Positions 40,595 to 50,198 of a DNA stretch of 59,868 nt are shown here, one piece after another; position 1 is the stretch's first letter; each line of letters starts with the position of its first letter. Position numbers and translations under genes: made by a program. Source of the stretch: Microbacteriaceae bacterium (GTDB lineage Bacteria; Actinomycetota; Actinomycetes; Actinomycetales; Microbacteriaceae); NCBI GenBank assembly GCA_044237445.1, contig JBIIFF010000001.1, forward strand, positions 1-59,868, written 5' to 3'. Under the pieces are notes generated by a model. That model did not search any database, was not told where the DNA came from, and saw nothing but the letters and a program-made list of their open reading frames with translations.

Positions 40595-41088
40595 GTGAAC
40601 TGACGCTCTTTGTTCTCCGTTTCGGATTCCTCGCCCTGTTGTGGGTTTTCGTGTTCGCCATCGTTTTCGCGCTTCGGAGCGATCTGTTCGGACACTATCT
40701 CCGCCGCAGCGACAAGGGAAAGGGCGACATCACCCACAATCCCGGTGCCGAATCGTCGCCGTTCCTGCCGCCCGTCACCACCACATCGACGTCGAGCCCG
40801 GCCCAAAAACTCGTCATTACCGCCGGCGCGCGCGAAGGTCTCGAAATTCCCCTCGATTCCGACCGTCTCACCATCGGCCGAAGCGCCCAGTCGGGACTCG
40901 TGATTCGAGACGAGTACACCTCCACCAACCACGCCCGCCTTCAGTTGTGGAACGGGGACTGGGTCATCCAAGACCTCAGTTCCACCAACGGAACATTCGT
41001 GGACAACCAGCGCGTCAGTGTTCCCACTCCGGTCCCGCTCTACGTGCCCGTGTCGGTTGGTTCCACAATCTTCGAACTGAGGCCATAA
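40591..41088 (+). CDS. fhaB: FHA domain protein FhaB/FipA
   Basis: LRFGFLALLW...LRSDLFG; FHA motifs IGR, S.NHA, STNGT. Confidence 0.88.
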   Translation: MSELTLFVLRFGFLALLWVFVFAIVFALRSDLFGHYLRRSDKGKGDITHNPGAESSPFLPPVTTTSTSSPAQKLVITAGAREGLEIPLDSDRLTIGRSAQSGLVIRDEYTSTNHARLQLWNGDWVIQDLSSTNGTFVDNQRVSVPTPVPLYVPVSVGSTIFELRP

Positions 41089-42327
41089 GTGGACGCGCGG
41101 GTCCTCTCCGTCGCGAGCAGCCACATCGGGCGCGTTCGCGCGAGCAACCAGGATTCGGGTTACGCGGGAACACACCTTTTTCTCGTCGCGGATGGAATGG
41201 GTGGTCACGCGGGTGGTGACGTCGCGAGTTCTCTCGCGACTCAGACCGTCACCGCCATCGCGGACGAACGGTTCGACACCATCGACATCGCCCGCGAGCG
41301 CCTCGTCGACGCCGTGATGACCAGCGCCGCCGAACTTGTCGACGCGGTTCGCGAGCACCCCGATTTGACCGGCATGGGGACAACCGTGAGTGCGCTATTG
41401 CGCCACAACAACCAGGTTGTCGTTGCGCACATTGGAGATTCTCGCGTATATCGATTCCGCGGCGGCGTGCTCGAGCAGATGACCACAGACCACACGTTCG
41501 TTCAAAAACTCGTGGAAACAGGTCGAATCACTGCCGAGGAAGCCCTCGTTCATCCGCGCCGAAACGTCCTCATGCGCGTGCTCGGCGATTTTGAGGGCAG
41601 CGTCGATATCGACTCGGCGATTTTCGACACCGAACCCGGCGACCGGTGGCTGCTGTGCTCGGATGGGTTGTGTGGTTTCGTACCCGAGTCGGCGATTGCC
41701 CAGGTCCTTGCCAGCGAACCTGACGCCGCGAAAGCAGCCGAGAAGCTCATCACCATGACGCTTGACCGTGGTGCACCCGACAACGTCACCATCGTGATCG
41801 CGGGTGTTAACGAAACAAACATGAGTGCCGCCGCAAAACCACTGTTGGTGGGCGCAGCTGCGCTTCCCCTCCTTTTTGACGCGGTGACCCGACCGCTTCC
41901 CCGGGTTGTTTCCCGCCTGTTTTCACTCAAATCCGGAAGCGCAATGGAAGAGCATTTCGCGACCGCCGATTATTTGGACACACTCGTGGCCGAGGACAAG
42001 CGACGTGCGGCACAACGGCGGTCGCGCTGGGCCGTTTATTTCTCGTTGGCCCTCGCCACCGTCGTCGGCTTCGGCATCTACGGCTATGTCTGGACCCAAT
42101 CGCAGTTCTTTGTGGGGACAGACGGAGACAGTGTCGTCGTCTATCGAGGAATCAACGGAGACTTCGGTTCGATCCCGCTGCACACAATCGTGCGCGACAC
42201 CGACATTCCACTCTCCTCACTCTCTGATTTCGTGAGGACCTCGGTGGAACTCACAATCCCGGTCCTGAGCCTCTCGCAGGCCCTACTCGTCGTCGAAAGG
42301 ATCGAGATTGTCTCTCAGTCCCAGTAG
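41089..42327 (+). CDS. pstP: PP2C-family Ser/Thr phosphatase
   Basis: R..NQD, ADGMGGH, GMGTT, HIGDSR, CSDGL, GAPDNVT; C-terminal TM helix. Confidence 0.92.
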   Translation: MDARVLSVASSHIGRVRASNQDSGYAGTHLFLVADGMGGHAGGDVASSLATQTVTAIADERFDTIDIARERLVDAVMTSAAELVDAVREHPDLTGMGTTVSALLRHNNQVVVAHIGDSRVYRFRGGVLEQMTTDHTFVQKLVETGRITAEEALVHPRRNVLMRVLGDFEGSVDIDSAIFDTEPGDRWLLCSDGLCGFVPESAIAQVLASEPDAAKAAEKLITMTLDRGAPDNVTIVIAGVNETNMSAAAKPLLVGAAALPLLFDAVTRPLPRVVSRLFSLKSGSAMEEHFATADYLDTLVAEDKRRAAQRRSRWAVYFSLALATVVGFGIYGYVWTQSQFFVGTDGDSVVVYRGINGDFGSIPLHTIVRDTDIPLSSLSDFVRTSVELTIPVLSLSQALLVVERIEIVSQSQ

Positions 42328-43702
42328 CCCGGCGAACGCGACCATCACCGAGCAGCTCATGCTGCGCCTCAAGGTTCCGACGAAACTTCGAAACCTCGAA
42401 GCGACGCTCATTGTCTTTGCCATGATCGTGACCACCGCGGCCCTCGCGCTCGTGGATATTGGCGTGACCGGAGTAGTAAACCCATCGATCATCGGCTTGA
42501 CATTCGGACTAGGAGCCATCGTTCTCGCGATGCACGTCGCGCAGCGATTCGTCGCCCGTGATGCCGACCCGCTCATCCTTCCCATCGTTACCCTTCTCAA
42601 CGGGCTCGGAATCGCGATGATTCATCGACTCGACCTTTCGTTCGGACTGACCGGCTGGGAAGCGAATGCAACTCGTCAAATGGTGTGGACAGCGATTGCG
42701 ACGGTCGTCGCGATCGGGGTCATTGTGACCGTCCGGAACCACCGCGTCTTGCAGCGTTACCGGTACGTCTGGATGTTGGTCGGTGTGGTGTTGCTCATGT
42801 TGCCCCTCGTTCCGTTCATTGGGGTCACCATCAACGGCGCGCGCCTGTGGGTCGACCTCGGTTTCGTGTCTTTCCAGCCGGGAGAAATCGGCAAAATCGC
42901 ACTCGCATTGTTCTTCGCGGGCTATCTCGTCACGGCGCGCGACTCGCTGTCTGTGGTCGGGAAGCGCCTGTTCGGGGTGACCTGGCCGCGAATCAAGGAC
43001 CTCGGACCAATCGTCGTGGTCTGGGCGGTCGCGATGCTGGTTCTCATTTTCCAGCGCGACCTCGGCACGTCACTTCTCTATTTCGGGCTCTTCCTTGTCC
43101 TGATGTACGTGGCGACCGGACGGGCAATTTGGTTTGTTGTCGGAGGCGGTTTGTTCGGAGCGGGTGCGCTCATCGCCAGCCAGTTCCTCACTTACGTCCA
43201 GGGTCGGTTCGCCGCGTGGCTTGACTCCTTCAACCAAGCGAATTACGAGGCCGTCGGTGGTTCCTATCAGCTCGTGCAGGGGCTTTTCGGCTTCGCCTCG
43301 GGAGGAATCATCGGGACGGGTCTCGGTGCTGGTCACCCGGGAATCGTTCCCCTCGCCGAATCGGACTACATCATGGCCAGCCTCGGAGAAGAACTCGGGC
43401 TTGTCGGGGTGTTTGCGATTCTCTCGCTGTACCTGTTGTTTGTCGCTCGGGGAATTCGAATCGGCGTCAATGGCTCCGACGACTTCGGTCGGCTGCTGGC
43501 CGTGGGGCTTACGTTCGTCATCGCGCTACAGGTCTTCATTGTCGTGGGAGGCGTCACTCGGGTGATCCCGGTCACGGGGCTCACCACCCCGTTCCTCGCT
43601 GCTGGCGGATCATCGCTCGTCGCGAACTGGATAATTGTGGCTCTGCTGTTGCGGCTCAGTGACACTGTTCGCCATCAGCGCGAGGCGGTGCCGGGCGCAT
43701 GA
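42308..43702 (+). CDS. rodA: SEDS family peptidoglycan glycosyltransferase RodA/FtsW
   Basis: FQPGE..K, QRDLG, SDY, EELG, P.TGLT.PF.A.GGSS. Confidence 0.92.
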   Translation: MSLSPSSPANATITEQLMLRLKVPTKLRNLEATLIVFAMIVTTAALALVDIGVTGVVNPSIIGLTFGLGAIVLAMHVAQRFVARDADPLILPIVTLLNGLGIAMIHRLDLSFGLTGWEANATRQMVWTAIATVVAIGVIVTVRNHRVLQRYRYVWMLVGVVLLMLPLVPFIGVTINGARLWVDLGFVSFQPGEIGKIALALFFAGYLVTARDSLSVVGKRLFGVTWPRIKDLGPIVVVWAVAMLVLIFQRDLGTSLLYFGLFLVLMYVATGRAIWFVVGGGLFGAGALIASQFLTYVQGRFAAWLDSFNQANYEAVGGSYQLVQGLFGFASGGIIGTGLGAGHPGIVPLAESDYIMASLGEELGLVGVFAILSLYLLFVARGIRIGVNGSDDFGRLLAVGLTFVIALQVFIVVGGVTRVIPVTGLTTPFLAAGGSSLVANWIIVALLLRLSDTVRHQREAVPGA

Positions 43703-45153
43703 TTAAGGAACTTCGGCGGGTCACTATCGGCATCGGCGTCTTGTTCGGCGCGCTGTTCGTGTCCGCCACCGTGATTCAGGTTTTTCAAGTCGACAACCTG
43801 CGCGTCGACCCCCGTAACGTGCGCACCCTGTATGACTCGTATGCCACCGAACGCGGCTCAATCCTCGTGGGGTCGACTCTCATCGCCGAATCCTTGCCCG
43901 TCGACGACGTTTACCGATACCAGCGCACGTATCACGGAGGTGGACTCTACGCTCCGGTGACGGGCTACTTCACAATCAACCAGGGCATCAGCGGACTCGA
44001 GTTCGCCATGAATGACAAACTGAGCGGTCAATCGAATTCGCAGTTCTTCGACCAAATCATTTCACTTGTCTCGGGCACCGATCCGCGCGGTGCGTCGGTG
44101 AAGCTCACCATCAATGCTGCGGTCCAACAGGTGGCACGGGACGCCCTCGGCGAACTTACCGGTGCGGCCATCGCCATCGAGCCGGCGACCGGCAGGATTC
44201 TCGCTTTTGTTAGCACCCCGACCTTCAATCCAAACGACCTCGCCTCGCACGATTCGGATGTGGTGCGCTCCAACTACGACGCACTTCTCAATTCGACCGC
44301 GGGACCACTCGTGAATCGGGCTATCGGTGGCGACTTGTACCACCCGGGTTCGGTGTTCAAGTTGGTCGTCGCCTCGGCGGCAATCGATTCGGGAATGATG
44401 TCTGCAGAGTCGATGGTTCCGAACCCATCCAAGCTTGATTTACCGCTCAGCGACTCGACGATTTACAACTCGAATGACTCCACGTGTGGTCCGGGACGGT
44501 CCGTCACCATCTCAACTGCCCTGCGTCTGTCCTGCAACATCCCATTCGCTCAGATCGGTGTGCAGCTAGGGGAAGCGCGCTTGCGTGACTACACCGAAGC
44601 GTTCGGATTTGGCGCGACCGTCGAAGTTCCAATGAAAACCACTCCGTCGATTTTCCCCTCGGGGATGGACGACGCACAACTCATGTTGTCGTCCTTCGGG
44701 CAGTTCGATGTTCGTGTCACCCCACTACAAATCGCGATGGTGTCCTCCGCCATTGCGAACGGTGGCCTGCTGATGGCACCCACCGTAGTGGACTCCGTGC
44801 TCGCCCGTGACCTGTCGCCTCTCAGCCCCTTCACCCCGGTTGAATACGGCCAACCCATCAGCCCGGACACCGCACTAATCCTGCGCGACATGATGGTCGA
44901 CGGAGTCGCCGACGGTGTGGCGAGCGGTGCTCGAATACCCGGAATCGACGTCGCGGGAAAGACCGGCACGGCCGAAAACGGTGTCGATCAGCCGTACACA
45001 CTGTGGTTCACCGGGTTTGCCCCCGCGGAGAACCCGCGGGTGGCGGTCGTGGTTGTCGTCGAGGGTTCGGACGGGCTGGGTAATTCCGCGTCCGGAAACT
45101 CCGTGGCCGCACCGATTGCCCGAAAGATCATCGAGGCGGTGTTGGCGCAATGA
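43699..45153 (+). CDS. pbpA: Class B penicillin-binding protein PbpA
   Basis: PGSVFK (SxxK), SCN (SxN), GKTGTA. Confidence 0.92.
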   Translation: MIKELRRVTIGIGVLFGALFVSATVIQVFQVDNLRVDPRNVRTLYDSYATERGSILVGSTLIAESLPVDDVYRYQRTYHGGGLYAPVTGYFTINQGISGLEFAMNDKLSGQSNSQFFDQIISLVSGTDPRGASVKLTINAAVQQVARDALGELTGAAIAIEPATGRILAFVSTPTFNPNDLASHDSDVVRSNYDALLNSTAGPLVNRAIGGDLYHPGSVFKLVVASAAIDSGMMSAESMVPNPSKLDLPLSDSTIYNSNDSTCGPGRSVTISTALRLSCNIPFAQIGVQLGEARLRDYTEAFGFGATVEVPMKTTPSIFPSGMDDAQLMLSSFGQFDVRVTPLQIAMVSSAIANGGLLMAPTVVDSVLARDLSPLSPFTPVEYGQPISPDTALILRDMMVDGVADGVASGARIPGIDVAGKTGTAENGVDQPYTLWFTGFAPAENPRVAVVVVVEGSDGLGNSASGNSVAAPIARKIIEAVLAQ

Positions 45154-46769
45154 GGCCTCAGATTGGTCACGTCTTCGGTGGGCGGTATGCGCTCAAGTCG
45201 CGACTCGCCATTGGTGGAATGGGTGAGGTCTGGCAAGCGCTGGACAGCGTCATCGAACGAAACGTAGCGATCAAGATTCTCAAAGAGGAATACTTCGGTG
45301 ACCACGCATTTCGGGAGCGTTTTCGTGCCGAGGCTCGACACGCCGCCCTGGTGAACCACGAAGGAATCGCGAGCGTCTACGACTTCGGCGAAGAGGACGG
45401 GAGTGCGTACCTCGTCATGGAACTCGTCCCCGGAGAAGCGCTCTCCACCATTTTGGAACGCGAGCGTTTTCTCTCACCCGAGCGGGTTCTCGATATCGTG
45501 GCGCAGACCGCATCCGCGCTACACGCCGCGCACGAGGCGGGGCTCGTCCATCGCGACGTGAAACCCGGAAACCTCATCATTACGCCGGACGGACGAGTCA
45601 AAATCACTGATTTCGGAATCGCTCGAGCGGTGGATCAAGTTCCGCTAACGGCGACCGGACAGGTGATGGGCACGGTTCAATACCTTTCGCCCGAGCAGGC
45701 CTCCGGAAAGACCGCCAGCGCACTCACCGACATTTACTCGCTGGGAATTGTCGCCTACGAAGCGCTCGCGGGGAAGCGCCCGTTCACGGGTGAATCTCAG
45801 GTGTCGATTGCGATGGCGCACATCAAGCAACCGCCGCCACCGCTGCCTGACAGCGTGCCCCTCGCAGTGCGAAACTTGATTCTCGCGTGCATCGCCAAAA
45901 AACCTGAACGACGACCCTCAAGTGCCCGTCAATTGGCCCGTGCCGCCATCGCCATCACCCGTGGACGAGTCGGCGAAGCATTAGCCCTTGTTCCCGCCGT
46001 GGATGACGAACCACAGGACCTTTCGGAAGATACGTCGACCCGAATTCTCCCGGTATCAGTGGCCCCGCGTGAAAATGACGAACGTTCTCCGTATCGGAGG
46101 CTTCCCAAGACACTTCCCCTGATCGGCATCGTTGTCGTCCTCTCGGTCGTGCTGGTCGGCATCATCGTGGCGCTGGTCTTGCGCCCGTCGGCACCCGCTC
46201 CGGTCCCCTCACCGAGCGCGAGCGAAACGGTGAAACCAACGCCAGTCCCCACCGATCCGCTCGCCGGTAACGTCACGATTAACGAAGACGAATTTCTCGG
46301 GCTCACGCTCAACCAGGTGGAAGAAAAACTCGCATCGATGGGGCTCCGCCTAGACGCTGTGACCGGAAACATCGCTACGTCCATCGATTTGGTCGGCACG
46401 GCGTATCGCGTCAATCCGCGAGGAAGCGTTCCCGCGGATTCGCTCGTCGCGGTGTACTTTCATGACGCGATTCCGACGCCTCCGTCACCGTCGGCATTGA
46501 CGGTGAGTTCGGGGCCGTACCTTCCCGGGGGAACCGTCACAATCTCGTGGCCCCGTTACGCCGAGTGCCCCGCGGGTTTTGTGCTTGACTCCTATGAGTT
46601 CACCGTCAATGGGGGTTCGTTCCCCAACGTGAGCACGTTTGGGTCGAAAGTCACGGTTGCCGAAATCGTGATTGACGCCAACACCACCGAGGTTCGTGTG
46701 TCGTACATTGTTAGATGTGGGGACCTTGCATCGAATCCGTCGGAAGACCTGGTGATTGCCGTTGGCTGA
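45150..46769 (+). CDS. pknA: Ser/Thr protein kinase PknA-like
   Basis: GGMGEV, VAIK, HRDVKPGN, DFGIAR, LTATGQVMGT; TM helix and an extracellular domain. Confidence 0.88.
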   Translation: MRPQIGHVFGGRYALKSRLAIGGMGEVWQALDSVIERNVAIKILKEEYFGDHAFRERFRAEARHAALVNHEGIASVYDFGEEDGSAYLVMELVPGEALSTILERERFLSPERVLDIVAQTASALHAAHEAGLVHRDVKPGNLIITPDGRVKITDFGIARAVDQVPLTATGQVMGTVQYLSPEQASGKTASALTDIYSLGIVAYEALAGKRPFTGESQVSIAMAHIKQPPPPLPDSVPLAVRNLILACIAKKPERRPSSARQLARAAIAITRGRVGEALALVPAVDDEPQDLSEDTSTRILPVSVAPRENDERSPYRRLPKTLPLIGIVVVLSVVLVGIIVALVLRPSAPAPVPSPSASETVKPTPVPTDPLAGNVTINEDEFLGLTLNQVEEKLASMGLRLDAVTGNIATSIDLVGTAYRVNPRGSVPADSLVAVYFHDAIPTPPSPSALTVSSGPYLPGGTVTISWPRYAECPAGFVLDSYEFTVNGGSFPNVSTFGSKVTVAEIVIDANTTEVRVSYIVRCGDLASNPSEDLVIAVG

Positions 46770-48561
46770 TAACAATTCGCCGTCACGTTCCAGCCTGGAT
46801 TCGATTGTGGATTCACCGTTCCTGTTTGCCCAGCGCTATCGGCCCGAGGCGTTGATCGGACGCGGCGGCATGGCCAATGTGTACGTCGGGACGGACACTC
46901 GGCTGCAACGCCGGGTCGCGATAAAGGCGCTTCGCCCGGACGTGGCAGCCGATGCCGAATCGCGCAATCGCTTCCAGCGGGAAGCCCACTCGGTGAGCGC
47001 GATGGGCCATCCGAACATCGTCCGGGTGTACGACGCCGGAGAAGAATTCATCCCCGCGGTGTCGGTCGATGTTCCGATTCCCTACATCGTGATGGAATAC
47101 ATTGACGGCAAAATCTTGCGCAAGTTGATGGACGCTGGACCGTTCGAGCCAAAGGTCGCAGTGCACATCGCCCTCGGAATTCTTGACGCGTTAGCAGAAT
47201 CTCACCGGGCGGGAATCATTCATCGCGATATCAAACCCGGCAACGTCATGATTACCCAGTCTGGAGTCGTGAAAGTGTGTGACTTCGGTATTGCCCAGGC
47301 AATCGAAGACCCGACCAACGACCCGTCCGCGATTGTGGGAACCGCCCAGTATTTCTCTCCCGAACAGGCCAAGGGCGAGATCATTGACGGCCGCAGTGAC
47401 CTTTATTCCACCGCGGTGGTGCTCTTCGAAATGGTCACCGGTTCTCCGTTGTTTTCGGGCGACACATCCGTTTCCATCGCATTCCAACACGTCACCCAGA
47501 CGGCACCTCGTGCTCGAAGTCGACGCCCCGAACTGTCTCCGGAATTCGACATGATCATCGCCAAGGGACTGGAGAAAGACCGCTCGGCTCGGTTTCGAAC
47601 CGCCGCCGACTTCGCGTCGGCGCTGCGGTCGGTCACCAACCTGGTCGGCGGTGGACGAGCCGATCGAGCGGCAACCGCACCCGTAACAGCACCCAAGCCC
47701 GTGTCGGGACCGCCGGCGCTGCCCACCGCGGTCACCGCACCGAGAATCACCGTAGAATCATCCACGACACCCAATCCTGAACCTGGCGGAGACACCATGG
47801 ACCTCAACGACCTGCGCCCACTTCTTCAGAGCGACACACCACCAAAAGCAAACCTCGTTCGGTGGATTCTTCTTGGCGCAGCGGGTCTTTTGGCGCTGGC
47901 GTCGGTCGTGGTGGGGATGATGTTCTATGTGCTGACCTTGAACTCGGGGCAAGCGCTGAGCGGGTTGTCCATCGCTATGCCCGACGTCACCAACGTGTCA
48001 TTCGAAACCGCCGAAACACAGCTCATGGAACTGGGGTTGACGGTGGTTCGCCGCGTCGAGTCCGACGAAAGCGTCCCGAAAGGGTCCGTCATCTCGACGT
48101 CCCCCGCGCCCGGTGTCAATCTGGCCAAAGGCGAGATTGTCACGGTGATCGAGTCGTCCGGGGCTCCCCTCATTGCAGTGCCATCCATCAACTTGTTGGC
48201 GGAAGCGAAGGCCGCGTCGGCGATCGAGAACGCCGGATTTGTCGTCGGGAAAGTGACCAATGGTTTCTCGCCGACCGCAAAACTAGGCATCGTGGTGGGA
48301 AGCGACCCCGAAGAGGGAACGCGCCTTCCCGCGGGAACTATTGTCAACATCGTCGTGTCCAATGGCAAGATCAAAATCCCCGACGTTGTTGGAATGAGCG
48401 TCGGAAAAGCGACGCGAATTCTTCGGGGGCCGGACCTTCAACTCGATGTCACGGTGATTTCGGACAATTCGTGCAGCGGTCAGCAAATCGGGTCGCAGTC
48501 ACTCAGGGGTGAAGCGCCGCAACAGTCCGCGATAACAATCGTCTACTGCGCCGCCGAATAG
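46756..48561 (+). CDS. pknB: PASTA-domain Ser/Thr kinase PknB-like
   Basis: GRGGMANV, HRDIKPGN, DFGIA, GTAQYFSPEQ; TM helix and about 3 PASTA repeats (MPDV, VPSI, IPDVVG). Start uncertain. Confidence 0.88.
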   Translation: MPLADNNSPSRSSLDSIVDSPFLFAQRYRPEALIGRGGMANVYVGTDTRLQRRVAIKALRPDVAADAESRNRFQREAHSVSAMGHPNIVRVYDAGEEFIPAVSVDVPIPYIVMEYIDGKILRKLMDAGPFEPKVAVHIALGILDALAESHRAGIIHRDIKPGNVMITQSGVVKVCDFGIAQAIEDPTNDPSAIVGTAQYFSPEQAKGEIIDGRSDLYSTAVVLFEMVTGSPLFSGDTSVSIAFQHVTQTAPRARSRRPELSPEFDMIIAKGLEKDRSARFRTAADFASALRSVTNLVGGGRADRAATAPVTAPKPVSGPPALPTAVTAPRITVESSTTPNPEPGGDTMDLNDLRPLLQSDTPPKANLVRWILLGAAGLLALASVVVGMMFYVLTLNSGQALSGLSIAMPDVTNVSFETAETQLMELGLTVVRRVESDESVPKGSVISTSPAPGVNLAKGEIVTVIESSGAPLIAVPSINLLAEAKAASAIENAGFVVGKVTNGFSPTAKLGIVVGSDPEEGTRLPAGTIVNIVVSNGKIKIPDVVGMSVGKATRILRGPDLQLDVTVISDNSCSGQQIGSQSLRGEAPQQSAITIVYCAAE

Positions 48562-48562
48562 C

Positions 48563-49198
48563 TCAGGGGTTCATCAGCGGGCTGAGTGTTCGTGCCTTCG
48601 CCGCTACGCCCGTCATTCCCGTGGTCTCGAGCCAATTTCCAATCATGGTGTAGCCCCCCTCGGTCATGACCGATTCGGGGTGAAACTGCACCCCCCACAT
48701 CGGTGCGGACGAGTGCTCGACCGCCATGATCACGCCACCGCTTGTGCGCGCCGTGACACGCAGTTCGTCGGGAATCGTTCCGTTCACGATTGCGAGCGAG
48801 TGGTAACGGGTTGCGCGAAACGGTGACGGTACACCGTCGAACTGGGCGGAACTGTCATGGGTGACGTCACTCGTTTTTCCGTGCATCAATTCCTCGGCGT
48901 GGGTGACAGTGCCGCCCATCGCTTCCGCAATCGCTTGATGGCCGAGGCACACGCCCAGGAGCGGAATTGAGTTCGCCAGGGCGTGTCGAATAATCGGAAT
49001 CGAGAGTCCCGCGTTGGCCGGTGTTCCCGGTCCGGGGGAAATCAGAATTCCGTCGAATCCTTCGAGTCTCGATGGGATTTCTTCTTCGGGAAAGGCGTCG
49101 TTACGCACAACGACGATTTCGGCGCCCAGTTCCTGAACGTACCCGGCCAGTGTGTAAACGAACGAGTCATAGTTGTCGAGAATGAAAATCGAGGTCAC
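48563..49198 (-). CDS. trpG: Anthranilate/aminodeoxychorismate synthase component II (glutamine amidotransferase)
   Basis: DNYDSF, SPGPG, GVCLGHQ, RYHSL, QFHPES. Confidence 0.9.
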   Translation of the reverse strand: MTSIFILDNYDSFVYTLAGYVQELGAEIVVVRNDAFPEEEIPSRLEGFDGILISPGPGTPANAGLSIPIIRHALANSIPLLGVCLGHQAIAEAMGGTVTHAEELMHGKTSDVTHDSSAQFDGVPSPFRATRYHSLAIVNGTIPDELRVTARTSGGVIMAVEHSSAPMWGVQFHPESVMTEGGYTMIGNWLETTGMTGVAAKARTLSPLMNP

Positions 49199-49353
49199 TG
49201 CTCGACCGTTGACTCTTGTTGAATATAATTTTCCGCGATCCACGGAAAAATCCATTCGACGCACACCGCAAGGATGGCAATAGCCAAAACGGCGAGAACG
49301 ATGATTTTGAGCCAGCGAGGTCCGGGCAAGACACGCCACAATGCCGAATACAT
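49195..49353 (-). CDS. Small membrane protein (52 aa), below the ORF-track cutoff
   Basis: MYSALWRVLPGPRWLKIIVLAVLAIAILAVCVEWIFPWIAENYIQQESTVEQ; one TM helix; GTGA overlap with trpG. Confidence 0.7.
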   Translation of the reverse strand: MYSALWRVLPGPRWLKIIVLAVLAIAILAVCVEWIFPWIAENYIQQESTVEQ

Positions 49354-49421
49354 AGTTACCCCGTCATTTCTCGTGAACAGCTATCGCCGCTCGTCAACAC
49401 CTTAACGCTATCGCGCATTGT

Positions 49422-50198
49422 CTAGGACTCTGCTCGCATCGCGGCCACTTCCGCCGGGGCGCCATTCGATCGAGGAACGAACGATTCGAACACCGAATAG
49501 GCAATCAGTCGTTCCGCGGCGGACGTTTTCGGATGACAGGTTGTCATTGTGAGAATTCGATCCTGCGCCACAATTGTTTCGCGGGGAACGTTGCTCAGGA
49601 CATCGGCTTGGGTCGGGTACACAAATTCGATATTGCGGAATCGATAAACAAACCACCCCTTTTTTGTCTCCACGTAGATTCGGTCCCCGACTCGCAATTG
49701 GTCGACTTTACCAAACGGTGCGCCAAACGTGGTGCGGTGGCCCGCAAGAGCGAAGTTCCCCACGGCACCCAGTGGCGCGGTGGACGAATAGTGTCCGATC
49801 CCCGTGGACGGGTCGTTGAGTACCTTTTTCACGTCGACGGATTCCGCGATTGTTCGCACATAGTTTGACCCGAACCGAGGAATCATGATGGTGGCGAAGG
49901 CAGCGCCCGCCTGGGGCGACGCCACGACGGGAGGTTTCGGTGATCGCCCCGCGCCTTCGGAACTACCGCTTTCTCGATCGTATTCGGGTATTCCCTTCGT
50001 CACTTCCGCCCAGGTCTCCGAGAGGGACACTGCCGCGGCGTCTTGTTTTGCTCCTGTCACGATGTCACCGAGCCAGACGTACCAGAGATAAAAAAACAAC
50101 ACGAGAACGCCGACCGTGATCAACACGTCGCTGACTACTTCTCTGATTTGTAGCGATGACCAGAGTTGGCGCGCGCGATTCCGAAGTTGCTGGATCAA
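49422..50198 (-). CDS. Class E sortase (copy 2)
   Basis: LITVGVLVLFF.LW..W TM helix, IPRFG, NFALAGHRTT.G, LTMTTCHPK..AAERLI. Confidence 0.88.
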   Translation of the reverse strand: MIQQLRNRARQLWSSLQIREVVSDVLITVGVLVLFFYLWYVWLGDIVTGAKQDAAAVSLSETWAEVTKGIPEYDRESGSSEGAGRSPKPPVVASPQAGAAFATIMIPRFGSNYVRTIAESVDVKKVLNDPSTGIGHYSSTAPLGAVGNFALAGHRTTFGAPFGKVDQLRVGDRIYVETKKGWFVYRFRNIEFVYPTQADVLSNVPRETIVAQDRILTMTTCHPKTSAAERLIAYSVFESFVPRSNGAPAEVAAMRAES

